From contig JBEPZV010000065.1 in assembly GCA_041640655.1 (NCBI GenBank), positions 1-12,090 of the forward strand: a stretch of DNA of 12,090 nt, given 5' to 3'. The notes below the pieces were generated by a model that was not told the DNA's origin, ran no database searches, and saw only the letters and a list, made by a program, of their open reading frames with translations. The stretch is from a bacterium. Its GTDB lineage: Bacteria; Acidobacteriota; Blastocatellia; HR10. The position numbers and the translations under genes are program-made. The first letter of the stretch is position 1; each line of letters starts with the position of its first letter. This document shows positions 1 through 7,475 of this stretch, one piece after another.

Positions 1-484
1 GTTCCACGAAGTGGCGCAGCCGTTCGGGTCGGCGCCGTATCGCCGAATTCCGTTCGGGATGCGCGAGGACTGGTCGAACTCCGACAGTCAACAACTCAAA
101 GAAGAGCCGCTCGACACCCGGAGGAATGATCTCGGGCGGAAACTCCAGCAGCACCGACGATGTGCCGGCCAGAAGGAGCGCGCGATCCCCGTCCGCTGAG
201 GACTGAGCGAGACGCCCCGCCCAGTCTCGCACCTCGGGGACGATCCGCACCTCCGCGCCCGGCAGCAGGCGCAGCCGCCCCTGAAGCGCATGATTCAACC
301 GCGCCAAGTGCGCGCGGATCACCATGGGGTCGGGATTCGGAGAGCGCACCCAGAAAAAGTGCGGCGTGGCCACGGCGAGCGTGACCCCTTCGTCCGCCAG
401 TCGAGCCCCGAGCGCGAGAGCCTCCTCCCACGTCTCCGGCCCATCGTCCACGCCCGGCAGCACATGACAGTGCAGATCAATCAC
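1..484 (-). CDS. CpsB/CapC/YwqE-family PHP-type protein-tyrosine phosphatase (3' end beyond window edge)
   Basis: Not in the ORF track; translated by hand. GTG at 484-482 overlaps the wzc TGA (GTGA). Reads MIDLHCHVLPGVDDGPETWEEALAL...VATPH...LLPGAEVRI...VLLEFP...PVLAHPERNS and stays open to base 1. DxHxH, DDG, ATPH, GxE and AHPER are the CpsB family motifs. Confidence 0.95.
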   Translation of the reverse strand, partial: MIDLHCHVLPGVDDGPETWEEALALGARLADEGVTLAVATPHFFWVRSPNPDPMVIRAHLARLNHALQGRLRLLPGAEVRIVPEVRDWAGRLAQSSADGDRALLLAGTSSVLLEFPPEIIPPGVERLFFELLTVGVRPVLAHPERNSAIRRRPERLRHFVE

Positions 485-2778
485 GATGCGCCCTCCGAGG
501 AAGAACGGTCCGCACCGATCGCCTCGGGTCTCTCCGCGGACTCCGCGACCTCGCGGTCGCCAGCATAGTAGTAGCGATAGTAGTAGTACGAGTACCCATC
601 CTGCGTCACATCCACGCGATTGAGGACGACGCCGAAGATGCGCGCGTTCACATCCAAGAGCGCCTGATGCGCGCGATGCACCAGCTCGCGCGGCGTCTCC
701 CCACAGCGGATGATGAGGATCACACCATCCACCAGCGCCGAGAGCACGAGCGTATCTGGCGTGGAGACCGGCGGCGAATCCAGGAGGATGAAATCATACC
801 GCTCGCTCACCTGCTTCATCAGCTCGCGCATCTTGGCCGATCCGAGCAACTCCGAGGGATTGGGGGGGACCGCCCCCGCCGGGATCACGAAGAGGTTCTC
901 CGCAGGCTGATGGATGATGACGGTCTCCAGGTCGAGCGGACGCGTCAAATAGGCCGAGAGCCCAGGATGATTCTTCACGTTCAAGGCTTTGTGCAAGCCA
1001 GGCTTGCGCATGTCCCCATCAATGAGCAACACGCGCGCGCCCATCTGCGCGAGCGAGATCGCCGTGTTGATGGCCGTCGTCGTCTTCCCCTCGCCGGGCC
1101 CGCTGGAGGTGAAGAGAATCGTCCGCGGGGGATGCTCCGCGTGGGAGAGCAAGACCGAGGTGCGCAGCGTGCGAAATGCTTCGGCGAAGCTCGAGCGTTG
1201 TCGCTGGCTGATCAAAATGGGACGCTCCTCTTCCTTCCGCCGAGGAAGGCGCGGCAGCGCTGACCACGGCCTCCGCTCCAAGCTCTCCAGTGCCGGCACG
1301 AGCCCGAGCACCGGTAGACCGAGCAGCCGGTCCACATCCTCGGTGGACTTCACCGTGTTGTCCAGATATTCGACGAACAGCGCCAAACCGATGCCGAGCA
1401 GAAGCCCGACGATCACGCTGAGGCCGATGTTGAAGAGCTTCCGGGGCCGAGCTGGACGCAGGGGAACCTCGGCCTTGTCGAGAATTTGAATGTTGGTGGT
1501 CGTCAGCGTCGAGAGCAATTTCACATCGTTGAGCTTCTCGAGCAACCCCTCGTAGAGCTGGGTCGTCACCTCGACTTCGCGCTTGCGCAAGCTCAGCTCG
1601 ATGGCCCGCTCGTTCTGGCGCAGCGTCTCGGCGCGCTGCCGCTCCAAGGCCGCGCGCAGATCGTTCTCGCGCCGCACGGCGGCTCGGTATTCGGCCTCGA
1701 TGTTGGCCACGATACGGCGCTTGGCCAGAGCCAATTGCCGCTCGGCCTCGGCGATCTGCTCGCGCACGCGAGCGACGCGCGGATGCGTCGGCTGATACTC
1801 CACGTTCAGTTGCGCCAGCTCCTGACGCAGCTCGGCCAATCGGGCGTTCAACGCCTGAACCTGCGGATCGGCCAGGACCGGTGGCAAGGCGTCAATCTCC
1901 CCCTCGCGGCTGAGCCGATAGAGCGTCTCAGCGCGAATCCGATCGGTCTCGGCCTCGACCAGCCGCCGGTTCAAGTCGGCCAGTCGCTCGACCGTGATCG
2001 TCTGGTTCTCGCTGAGCTGCACGATCTCGTTCTCCCGGCTATATCGGACCAGCTCCTCCTGCGCCTTCTCGGCCCGATCGCGCAAGAGGGTGAGCTGCTC
2101 CTGCAACCACTCGGTCGCCTTGCGCGTCGAATCCGAGCGCGCCTCCAGCATGTACTCGCCGTACTGCGCGAACAGCTCGTTGACGGCGCGCGCGGCCAAC
2201 TGAGGATCGTGCGCGCTATAGGTGACGGCCACCACGCGCGTGTTGCGCACAAGTTCCACTTTGAGGTTCTCCAGGAAGCGATCAATCAGCAACACGCGCC
2301 GCCGGTCCGGATCGGCGACCCGCGCCGTGATGTCCGCGAACTCCGGATGCTTCTCCAGCCCGAGCGCCTCGATGACGCGACGCGCCAGCTCCCGACTCCG
2401 CAGGACGTTCTGCTGCGTCTCCAGATACTGCGCGTCGTTGGAGGAGAGATCGGCGCCGGTCTCCTTCTCCCGCGTCACCCGCAACGGCATCTGCGGATTG
2501 ATGATGATCCGCCCCGTGGATTCGTACACGACCGGCAATTGGGACATGCGGATCGTCACAATGGTGACGACCACCAGCATCACACTCAGGACGATCCACC
2601 GCCGCTTCTTGATCACCCGCCAGTAGTCGAGCAGGTGGATGTCGCGTTCGCCCCCCTCCTCGAAGGCGCTCGCCGGATAGAACTTCATCACGTGTCCCGA
2701 CGGCGCTCCCGGCGCATGCAGCGAGGATCGCTCCGAAGGAGTGGGCGGGAGAAAGGGTCTCTCTCCAGATTCCGCCAT
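481..2778 (-). CDS. wzc: Polysaccharide co-polymerase / BY-kinase, fused Wzc/GumC type (765 aa)
   Basis: N-terminal Wzz-like segment (IHLLDYWRVIKKRRWIVL plus TM helix), long coiled coil, PxRP plus second TM helix, Walker A SSGPGEGKTT, LLIDGDMRKP, Walker B ILLDSPP, C-terminal Tyr cluster GYSYYYYRYYY. Purine-rich RBS (GGGGAGGGGAG) upstream of the ATG. Confidence 0.96.
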   Translation of the reverse strand: MAESGERPFLPPTPSERSSLHAPGAPSGHVMKFYPASAFEEGGERDIHLLDYWRVIKKRRWIVLSVMLVVVTIVTIRMSQLPVVYESTGRIIINPQMPLRVTREKETGADLSSNDAQYLETQQNVLRSRELARRVIEALGLEKHPEFADITARVADPDRRRVLLIDRFLENLKVELVRNTRVVAVTYSAHDPQLAARAVNELFAQYGEYMLEARSDSTRKATEWLQEQLTLLRDRAEKAQEELVRYSRENEIVQLSENQTITVERLADLNRRLVEAETDRIRAETLYRLSREGEIDALPPVLADPQVQALNARLAELRQELAQLNVEYQPTHPRVARVREQIAEAERQLALAKRRIVANIEAEYRAAVRRENDLRAALERQRAETLRQNERAIELSLRKREVEVTTQLYEGLLEKLNDVKLLSTLTTTNIQILDKAEVPLRPARPRKLFNIGLSVIVGLLLGIGLALFVEYLDNTVKSTEDVDRLLGLPVLGLVPALESLERRPWSALPRLPRRKEEERPILISQRQRSSFAEAFRTLRTSVLLSHAEHPPRTILFTSSGPGEGKTTTAINTAISLAQMGARVLLIDGDMRKPGLHKALNVKNHPGLSAYLTRPLDLETVIIHQPAENLFVIPAGAVPPNPSELLGSAKMRELMKQVSERYDFILLDSPPVSTPDTLVLSALVDGVILIIRCGETPRELVHRAHQALLDVNARIFGVVLNRVDVTQDGYSYYYYRYYYAGDREVAESAERPEAIGADRSSSEGAS

Positions 2779-2809
2779 GATCTCCCCTCCCCTGCGCTCG
2801 ATCGTCGTC

Positions 2810-3823
2810 TCACCGCAACAGCCAGATCAGTTGCGACGCCGCTCCCAGACTGAAGGCGTTCAACATCGCCATCCCCACGTTGCGCATCGAGGAGGACGGG
2901 ACGAAGACGATGTCGTTCGGCTCCAGTGGCACATCCTTCACCTGATCCCGCTCCACCTTCTCCAGATCCACGACGATCTCCACCCGCTCGCTCCGTCCCG
3001 GCACATGCCGCAAGATCGTCACCTTGTTCTTCTGCGAGTGCGGACGCAGGCCGCCGGCGAGCGCGATCGCTTTGGTCAGCGTCATATCGCCGCGGATCCG
3101 AAAGGCGTTTGGATTCACGACGTTCCCCGTCACGAAGATCTGATCCGCCTCGGGCACGCTCACGATGTCCCCCGGATAGATGAGCGTGTTGACCAAGTCC
3201 CACTGTCCGCTGAGCAACTGCCGCAGGTCCACGACCTCAAGGCGCGGTTCGACCTCGCCGGCCGCCTCGCTCGCCGAAGCCGCGGGTCGCTTCCCCGTGC
3301 GAATGATGTGAATGGTGTTCCCCGCGTTCTCCGTCATCCCTCCGGCGGCAGCCAGCAGGTTCAACAAGCGCGTCCCGCGCACGATCTCATACCGATCCGG
3401 CTTGCGAACCGCGCCGATGACAGCCACGAACCGACTCCGCGACTCCTTCACGCGAACGACCACCTGAGGGTTTTTGAACAACGCCATGAGCTTCTGGCGA
3501 ATGATGTCGGCCAATTGATGCTCCGTATATCCGGCCGCCCGGATCGGCTCCGCAAAGGGAAGGATGCGAATATACCCTTTGAGCGAGACGCGCACATCGC
3601 CGCTCAAGTCCGGTTGCTCGAAGACGCGAATCTCCAGCAGGTCTTCCGGCCCGATGATGTACTCCTCCTCTTCCTCATCCGGCAGCGGACGCTCCGGCAC
3701 CTCTCGCTTCTCCTGGGACGTCCCGCGCTCGGGGGACGCCGCCGGAGCCCCTTGAGACCACGGAGTCACCCGAATGCCCCCTCCGAGACTCGCCATCACC
3801 AGAAGGCTCAGCACCCACATCAT
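2810..3823 (-). CDS. Polysaccharide export protein, OPX/Wza family (Poly_export plus SLBB domains)
   Basis: EYIIGPEDLLEIRVFEQPDLSGDVRVSLKGYIRILPFAEPIRAAG is the Poly_export motif. Two SLBB repeats follow (VAVIGAVRKP...AAAGG, IFVTGNVVNP...ALAGG, PNDIVFVP). Start moved from 4156 to ATG 3823 (MMWVLSLL signal peptide, GGAGGAG RBS), which removes the overlap with the upstream gene. Confidence 0.92.
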   Translation of the reverse strand: MMWVLSLLVMASLGGGIRVTPWSQGAPAASPERGTSQEKREVPERPLPDEEEEEYIIGPEDLLEIRVFEQPDLSGDVRVSLKGYIRILPFAEPIRAAGYTEHQLADIIRQKLMALFKNPQVVVRVKESRSRFVAVIGAVRKPDRYEIVRGTRLLNLLAAAGGMTENAGNTIHIIRTGKRPAASASEAAGEVEPRLEVVDLRQLLSGQWDLVNTLIYPGDIVSVPEADQIFVTGNVVNPNAFRIRGDMTLTKAIALAGGLRPHSQKNKVTILRHVPGRSERVEIVVDLEKVERDQVKDVPLEPNDIVFVPSSSMRNVGMAMLNAFSLGAASQLIWLLR

Positions 3824-3873
3824 CGCTCCTCCCCCCTCCGTATTCGGGGACTGCTCGATCGTCACAGGATCAC

Positions 3874-4932
3874 TCAAAATCCGCATCGGTTCCCCGCAAT
3901 CTCCCTCCCCACCTGCGTCACCACCTCGACGATGCCTCCGGCGGCGAGATCGGCAGGCGTCGCCGCCAGCACCGCCTGGTAATAGCCGAGGAAGGGTCCA
4001 TCGGCGCCCGTGACGACGTTCAACACCGTCAGACCAGGCAGCCGACTCCGGAACAAGACGCGGACGATCACGGGGGCTCCCCCAATCGGAGTCGTGCCCA
4101 AAGCGACCCGCCCGACCACGCGCAGCCCCCGACCAAAGAGTTTCTCCGCACGGCATTGGATCACGAGCGGGGGCCGCTCGGTCGTCTCCGGCGCGGGCAT
4201 CGGAGCGGGCGAATACCCCACACGCGCGCGCTCATCCACATGCTGGAATGGCAACACGGCGATGGCACGAGCCACCTCGGGAGGGACAGCGCGCAATGCT
4301 TGGACGAATCCTTCCTTCAACGGACGAATCACCATCCCTCCCTCGCGCGCGAAGATCTCATAGAGAGCTTCCCCAGCCCGCGCCCCCCGCAGCATCTGAC
4401 GATCCAAGGCCGGGCTCAAGCGAAGAGGATGCTCTGGTCCCTCGACCTCGATATCTTCGTGACCGCGCACCGTCGCTTCTCCGTAGAGAACGCGAAGGCG
4501 CAGCGTCGAGCCCGCACGAGAGAGCCGCACTCGGCTCGCCGGTCCGATGAAGATCACCCCCCGACCTTCATGTAAGCGCACGAAGGCCATGCTCGACGTC
4601 GTCTCAATGTCGCTCCCGTCCGGGACTGCGCTCCCCCAGAAGGTGGGAACGCCGTTGAGGCGCACAACACCATCTCCGACCGTGATCACTTCGCCCAAAA
4701 CCCCGCGCTCCGAAGGTGACCCTCGCTTGGAGACATCGCCGGCCAGTCTCACAGAAGAGGACTCAAAGCGAGCATTTGGCCCCGGGATTTTCGTCCCCTC
4801 ACGATCGCGAGCCGCCCTGGGCAGCCCCGCCGATCCAGAATCTGCCCTCACCCCCGCCAACAGAACAATCAGAAGACCTCCAATCCACAGATGGAGCCCC
4901 AACGCTTGAGACCATCGCCGACCGTCACACAT
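3874..4932 (-). CDS. Exported hypothetical protein with FecR-like beta domain and beta-rich C-terminal domain
   Basis: ATG 4932 with GGAGG RBS. Signal-like LWIGGLLIVLLAGVRA. Segment GVVRLNGV...GSDIETTSSMAFVRL...IFIGPASRVRL...LRVLYGEA resembles the FecR-domain pattern. Co-oriented with the wza-like gene, 50 bp upstream of it. Confidence 0.7.
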   Translation of the reverse strand: MCDGRRWSQALGLHLWIGGLLIVLLAGVRADSGSAGLPRAARDREGTKIPGPNARFESSSVRLAGDVSKRGSPSERGVLGEVITVGDGVVRLNGVPTFWGSAVPDGSDIETTSSMAFVRLHEGRGVIFIGPASRVRLSRAGSTLRLRVLYGEATVRGHEDIEVEGPEHPLRLSPALDRQMLRGARAGEALYEIFAREGGMVIRPLKEGFVQALRAVPPEVARAIAVLPFQHVDERARVGYSPAPMPAPETTERPPLVIQCRAEKLFGRGLRVVGRVALGTTPIGGAPVIVRVLFRSRLPGLTVLNVVTGADGPFLGYYQAVLAATPADLAAGGIVEVVTQVGREIAGNRCGF

Positions 4933-5121
4933 CCGCTCGTCCCTCCGCCCACGCTTCTGCACGATCCCAAGAACGTGCGCACCGCAGATCCCCTCTTCTC
5001 ACCCGCTGCGCGATCTGCCACGCGACCCTCCATCTCACAGACCGCCACACGCGCTCTCGTCGCTCGCCCCAAGACGTCACCTCGCGCGCCTCGACTGCCC
5101 ATGCCTCTCTCATTGGCCCGT

Positions 5122-5150
5122 ATTGTAGGTTCGACCTACTGCAATGTCAA
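5122..5150 (-). promoter_or_regulatory. Sigma70-type promoter of the polysaccharide operon
   Basis: Minus strand TTGACA (5150-5145), 17 bp spacer, TACAAT (5127-5122). Confidence 0.8.
5125..5139. promoter_or_regulatory. Palindromic candidate operator GTAGGT-N3-ACCTAC
   Basis: Perfect 6-bp inverted repeat spanning the spacer and part of the -10 box of the minus-strand promoter. Confidence 0.5.
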
Positions 5151-5252
5151 GGAGATTTCGGGACGGACGCGCTTCTTGCGCGAGATGAGGGCGAGAGCGC
5201 TCGGCCAAAGCCCCCAGCGTTCAGCTAAGCTCTGCTGAGAGCAAAACTTAAT

Positions 5253-5300
5253 GAAAGGCGCGGATCCTCGCAGCCCCCATCGCAGGGGGACCCGCTTTTC
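5253..5300. other. Intergenic stem-loop (terminator-like or part of an ncRNA)
   Basis: GCGGATCC (5260-5267) pairs with GGACCCGC (5288-5295) with one mismatch. An alternative inner stem is CCCCC/GGGGG. Followed by TTTT on plus and TTTC on minus. Confidence 0.35.
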
Positions 5301-5406
5301 TCAGTTAACGGGCAATGTTGAGGTGAAACTTGAAAGCGAACGCCTCCCCCAATTCTATCCCGCCTCTTGCAACCCCAAGCAGCCCCGCCCAAGCCTCGAG
5401 AGTCTC

Positions 5407-5435
5407 TTGCCAGCGCCCGCAGCACGTGCTACGCT
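5407..5435 (+). promoter_or_regulatory. Sigma70-type promoter with extended -10 for the S8 protease gene
   Basis: TTGCCA (5407-5412), 17 bp spacer, TACGCT (5430-5435), preceded by TGn. Confidence 0.6.
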
Positions 5436-5531
5436 CACCGAGCGATGAAGCGTGCTCGGCTTGACCTTCGCGCGTGGACGCGCCGAAAATTCACAGCCGA
5501 CACGAGAGCCCCATGCTCCCCTCGCAGGGGA

Positions 5532-7358
5532 ATGCCTCGCGTGATGCGCATTCTGCTGCTCACCTGCGCCCTCATCCTCAGCGGCGCAATCGAGCGTCCG
5601 CTGCCATCGGTTACTCGCTCGACCTCGCTTCCATCGAGTCGGCCCCGCTACGCCCCTGACCGTCTCATCGTCGGCCTTCGACCGGGCGTATCGCTGCCGA
5701 CGGGACCTGTCGTCTCGGCTGAGAAGATACCGCATGCGCTGTTTCGAGAGCTGGCCGCGACGGCCGGACTTCGCGAGATCATCCGTCTGGCGCCTGCTCT
5801 CCCTCCTCCATCCGACCGCCAGCGCGTGAACGAAGCGCTCATGCGACGCGCCCCTCGCTCCTTTCCGGAAGCGGCGCTTCTTCTCGAACGCCATGGCGTG
5901 GATCGCCTGATCGCGCTCCGGTTCGCCCGCCCGATTGATCCCCCGCGACTGGCCGAGACGCTCCTGCGCCAATATCCGAATGCGATCGAATTCGCTGAGC
6001 CCGATTACATCCTCCGCTCTCAGCTCGTCCCGAATGATCCGCTCTTCGGTCTCCAATGGTATCTCCGCGACCGCAATGTCTTCCCGGAACGGCGAGCCGA
6101 CGTGTGGGCGCCGGAAGCGTGGGACATCACGACGGGGAGCTCAGAGGTGGTCATTGCTGTCATTGACACTGGCATAGATGCGACGCATCCGGACCTCGCG
6201 CGCAAGCTCTTCGTCAACCCGGGGGAAATCCCCAACAATGGCGCGGATGACGATGGCAACGGATTCGCGGATGATGTCTCGGGATGGGACTTCGTCCGTC
6301 GGGATCCTGATCCGGATGACGAGAATGGACATGGGACATGGATGAGCAGTCTGGCGGCGGCCGAGACCAATAACGCTCTGCATATCGCCGGCATCAGTTG
6401 GGGGAGCCGCATCCTTCCCTTGAAGGCGGGAGATGAACGAGGGAACTTCTCAACGTCCACGATCATTCAGGCAGTCAACTACGCCGTGGCGATGGCTCCG
6501 CGCGGCGTGCGCGTCATCAACATGAGCTTCGGTGGTCCGGGGACGAGCGTGGGACTCGAACGCGCCCTGGCCGCGGCCAATGACGCGCGCATCATCGCCA
6601 TCGCGGCCGCGGGGAACGATGGGCAGAATAACGATGCGGCTCCGCAACTCCCCGCCTATCTCACGACGAGGCTCGACAACGTCGTCGCCGTGGCGGCGAC
6701 GGATCGGTTCAATCAACTGGCCTATTTCTCCAATTACGGACGGCGGAACGTGGACGTGGGCGCTCCGGGCGTGGGGATCATCGGCCTCACGACGCGAAAT
6801 CCGGCAGCGGAGCTTGGGCGCAGCGAGGGCACGATCACCGGAAATGGGACCTCCCAAGCGGCGGCGCTGGTGAGCGGCATCGCCGCGTTGATCTATTCGG
6901 CGTATCCCGAAAGCGCGCCGATTCAGGTGAAGGTCCGATTGCTGGCCAATGCCGATCGTATCCCGGAGCTTGCGGAGAAACTCGTCTCCGGCGGGCGCGT
7001 GAACGCCTTCCGAGCGCTCGATCGCGATGAGGTCGCGCCGGCCCCGATCACCGATCTGCGCGTCCTCAGCGGGGTCACGCCGCCCACGCTCACCTGGACG
7101 GCGACGGGCGATGATGGTCTTCTCGGGCAAGCGGCTTTCTATGATATTCGCTACAGCTCCTCCCCGATCACGGCCAGCACCTTGCGCTTCGCCATTCGCG
7201 TGAAAGATCCCCCGCGCCCACAACCGGCCGGGACGATCGAGACCTGGACCATCCCTTCGGACATCCCGCCGCGCACGTACTACTTCCTCATCCGCGTCTT
7301 CGATAATGCCGGGAATATGGCGGAATCGAATCAGGTGGAAGTCACCCTCACGCCCTGA
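5532..7358 (+). CDS. Secreted S8 (subtilisin-like) serine peptidase with pro-domain and C-terminal FN3-like domain
   Basis: Catalytic Asp in VIAVIDTG (6165), His in DENGHGT (6330), oxyanion Asn in AAGNDG, Ser in GTSQA (6852). Also AEPDY..PNDP pro/mature junction, the DDDGNGFADDVSGWDF insert, and C-terminal DEVAPAPITDL...LTWTATGDDG...YDIRYS. Signal peptide MRILLLTCALILSG. The start could be 5532, 5541 or 5544. Confidence 0.95.
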   Translation: MPRVMRILLLTCALILSGAIERPLPSVTRSTSLPSSRPRYAPDRLIVGLRPGVSLPTGPVVSAEKIPHALFRELAATAGLREIIRLAPALPPPSDRQRVNEALMRRAPRSFPEAALLLERHGVDRLIALRFARPIDPPRLAETLLRQYPNAIEFAEPDYILRSQLVPNDPLFGLQWYLRDRNVFPERRADVWAPEAWDITTGSSEVVIAVIDTGIDATHPDLARKLFVNPGEIPNNGADDDGNGFADDVSGWDFVRRDPDPDDENGHGTWMSSLAAAETNNALHIAGISWGSRILPLKAGDERGNFSTSTIIQAVNYAVAMAPRGVRVINMSFGGPGTSVGLERALAAANDARIIAIAAAGNDGQNNDAAPQLPAYLTTRLDNVVAVAATDRFNQLAYFSNYGRRNVDVGAPGVGIIGLTTRNPAAELGRSEGTITGNGTSQAAALVSGIAALIYSAYPESAPIQVKVRLLANADRIPELAEKLVSGGRVNAFRALDRDEVAPAPITDLRVLSGVTPPTLTWTATGDDGLLGQAAFYDIRYSSSPITASTLRFAIRVKDPPRPQPAGTIETWTIPSDIPPRTYYFLIRVFDNAGNMAESNQVEVTLTP

Positions 7359-7371
7359 AGCCAGAAGGTGT

Positions 7372-7398
7372 GGAATAAACGACCCGCTCGATTGTGTT
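7372..7398 (+). promoter_or_regulatory. ECF-type (SigH/SigR-like) autoregulatory promoter
   Basis: GGAAT (7372-7376), 19 bp spacer, GTT (7396-7398) upstream of the ECF sigma gene. The SigR/SigH consensus is GGAAT-N18/19-GTT. Confidence 0.65.
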
Positions 7399-7475
7399 CA
7401 CTCAATGAGTACGGACGCAGGGAGATGCGCGCCGGGGCGCGAGAAAACATGAGCCTCGAGGATGAGGACTGAGCG

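Noticed and set aside
11..568. Short ORFs listed at 11-199, 88-291, 96-431, 160-384 and 290-568
   Set aside because: All overlap the clear CpsB-family frame on the minus strand.
565..595. TAG/GTA trinucleotide repeat
   Set aside because: It is the reverse complement of the Tyr codons in the Wzc autophosphorylation cluster, not a separate repeat element.
1486..3982. Long plus-strand ORFs 1486-2853 (455 aa) and 2741-3982 (413 aa)
   Set aside because: Antisense shadows of wzc and the OPX gene, typical of high-GC codon usage, with no recognisable motifs.
3824..4156. N-terminal extension of the OPX ORF to 4156
   Set aside because: Overlaps the upstream gene; the RBS and signal peptide point to 3823.
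5035..5046. Minus-strand GGCGGTCTGTGA as a possible ops/JUMPstart element
   Set aside because: Matches only GGCGGT of GGCGGTAGnnTG and lacks the conserved AG.
5238..5275. GCAAAAC...GAAA resembling a c-di-GMP-I riboswitch
   Set aside because: The bases flanking GAAA do not pair and the downstream GCAAAG-type element is missing.
5300..5340. TTGAAAG resembling a CRISPR repeat end
   Set aside because: Single copy, no spacers, no cas genes in the window.
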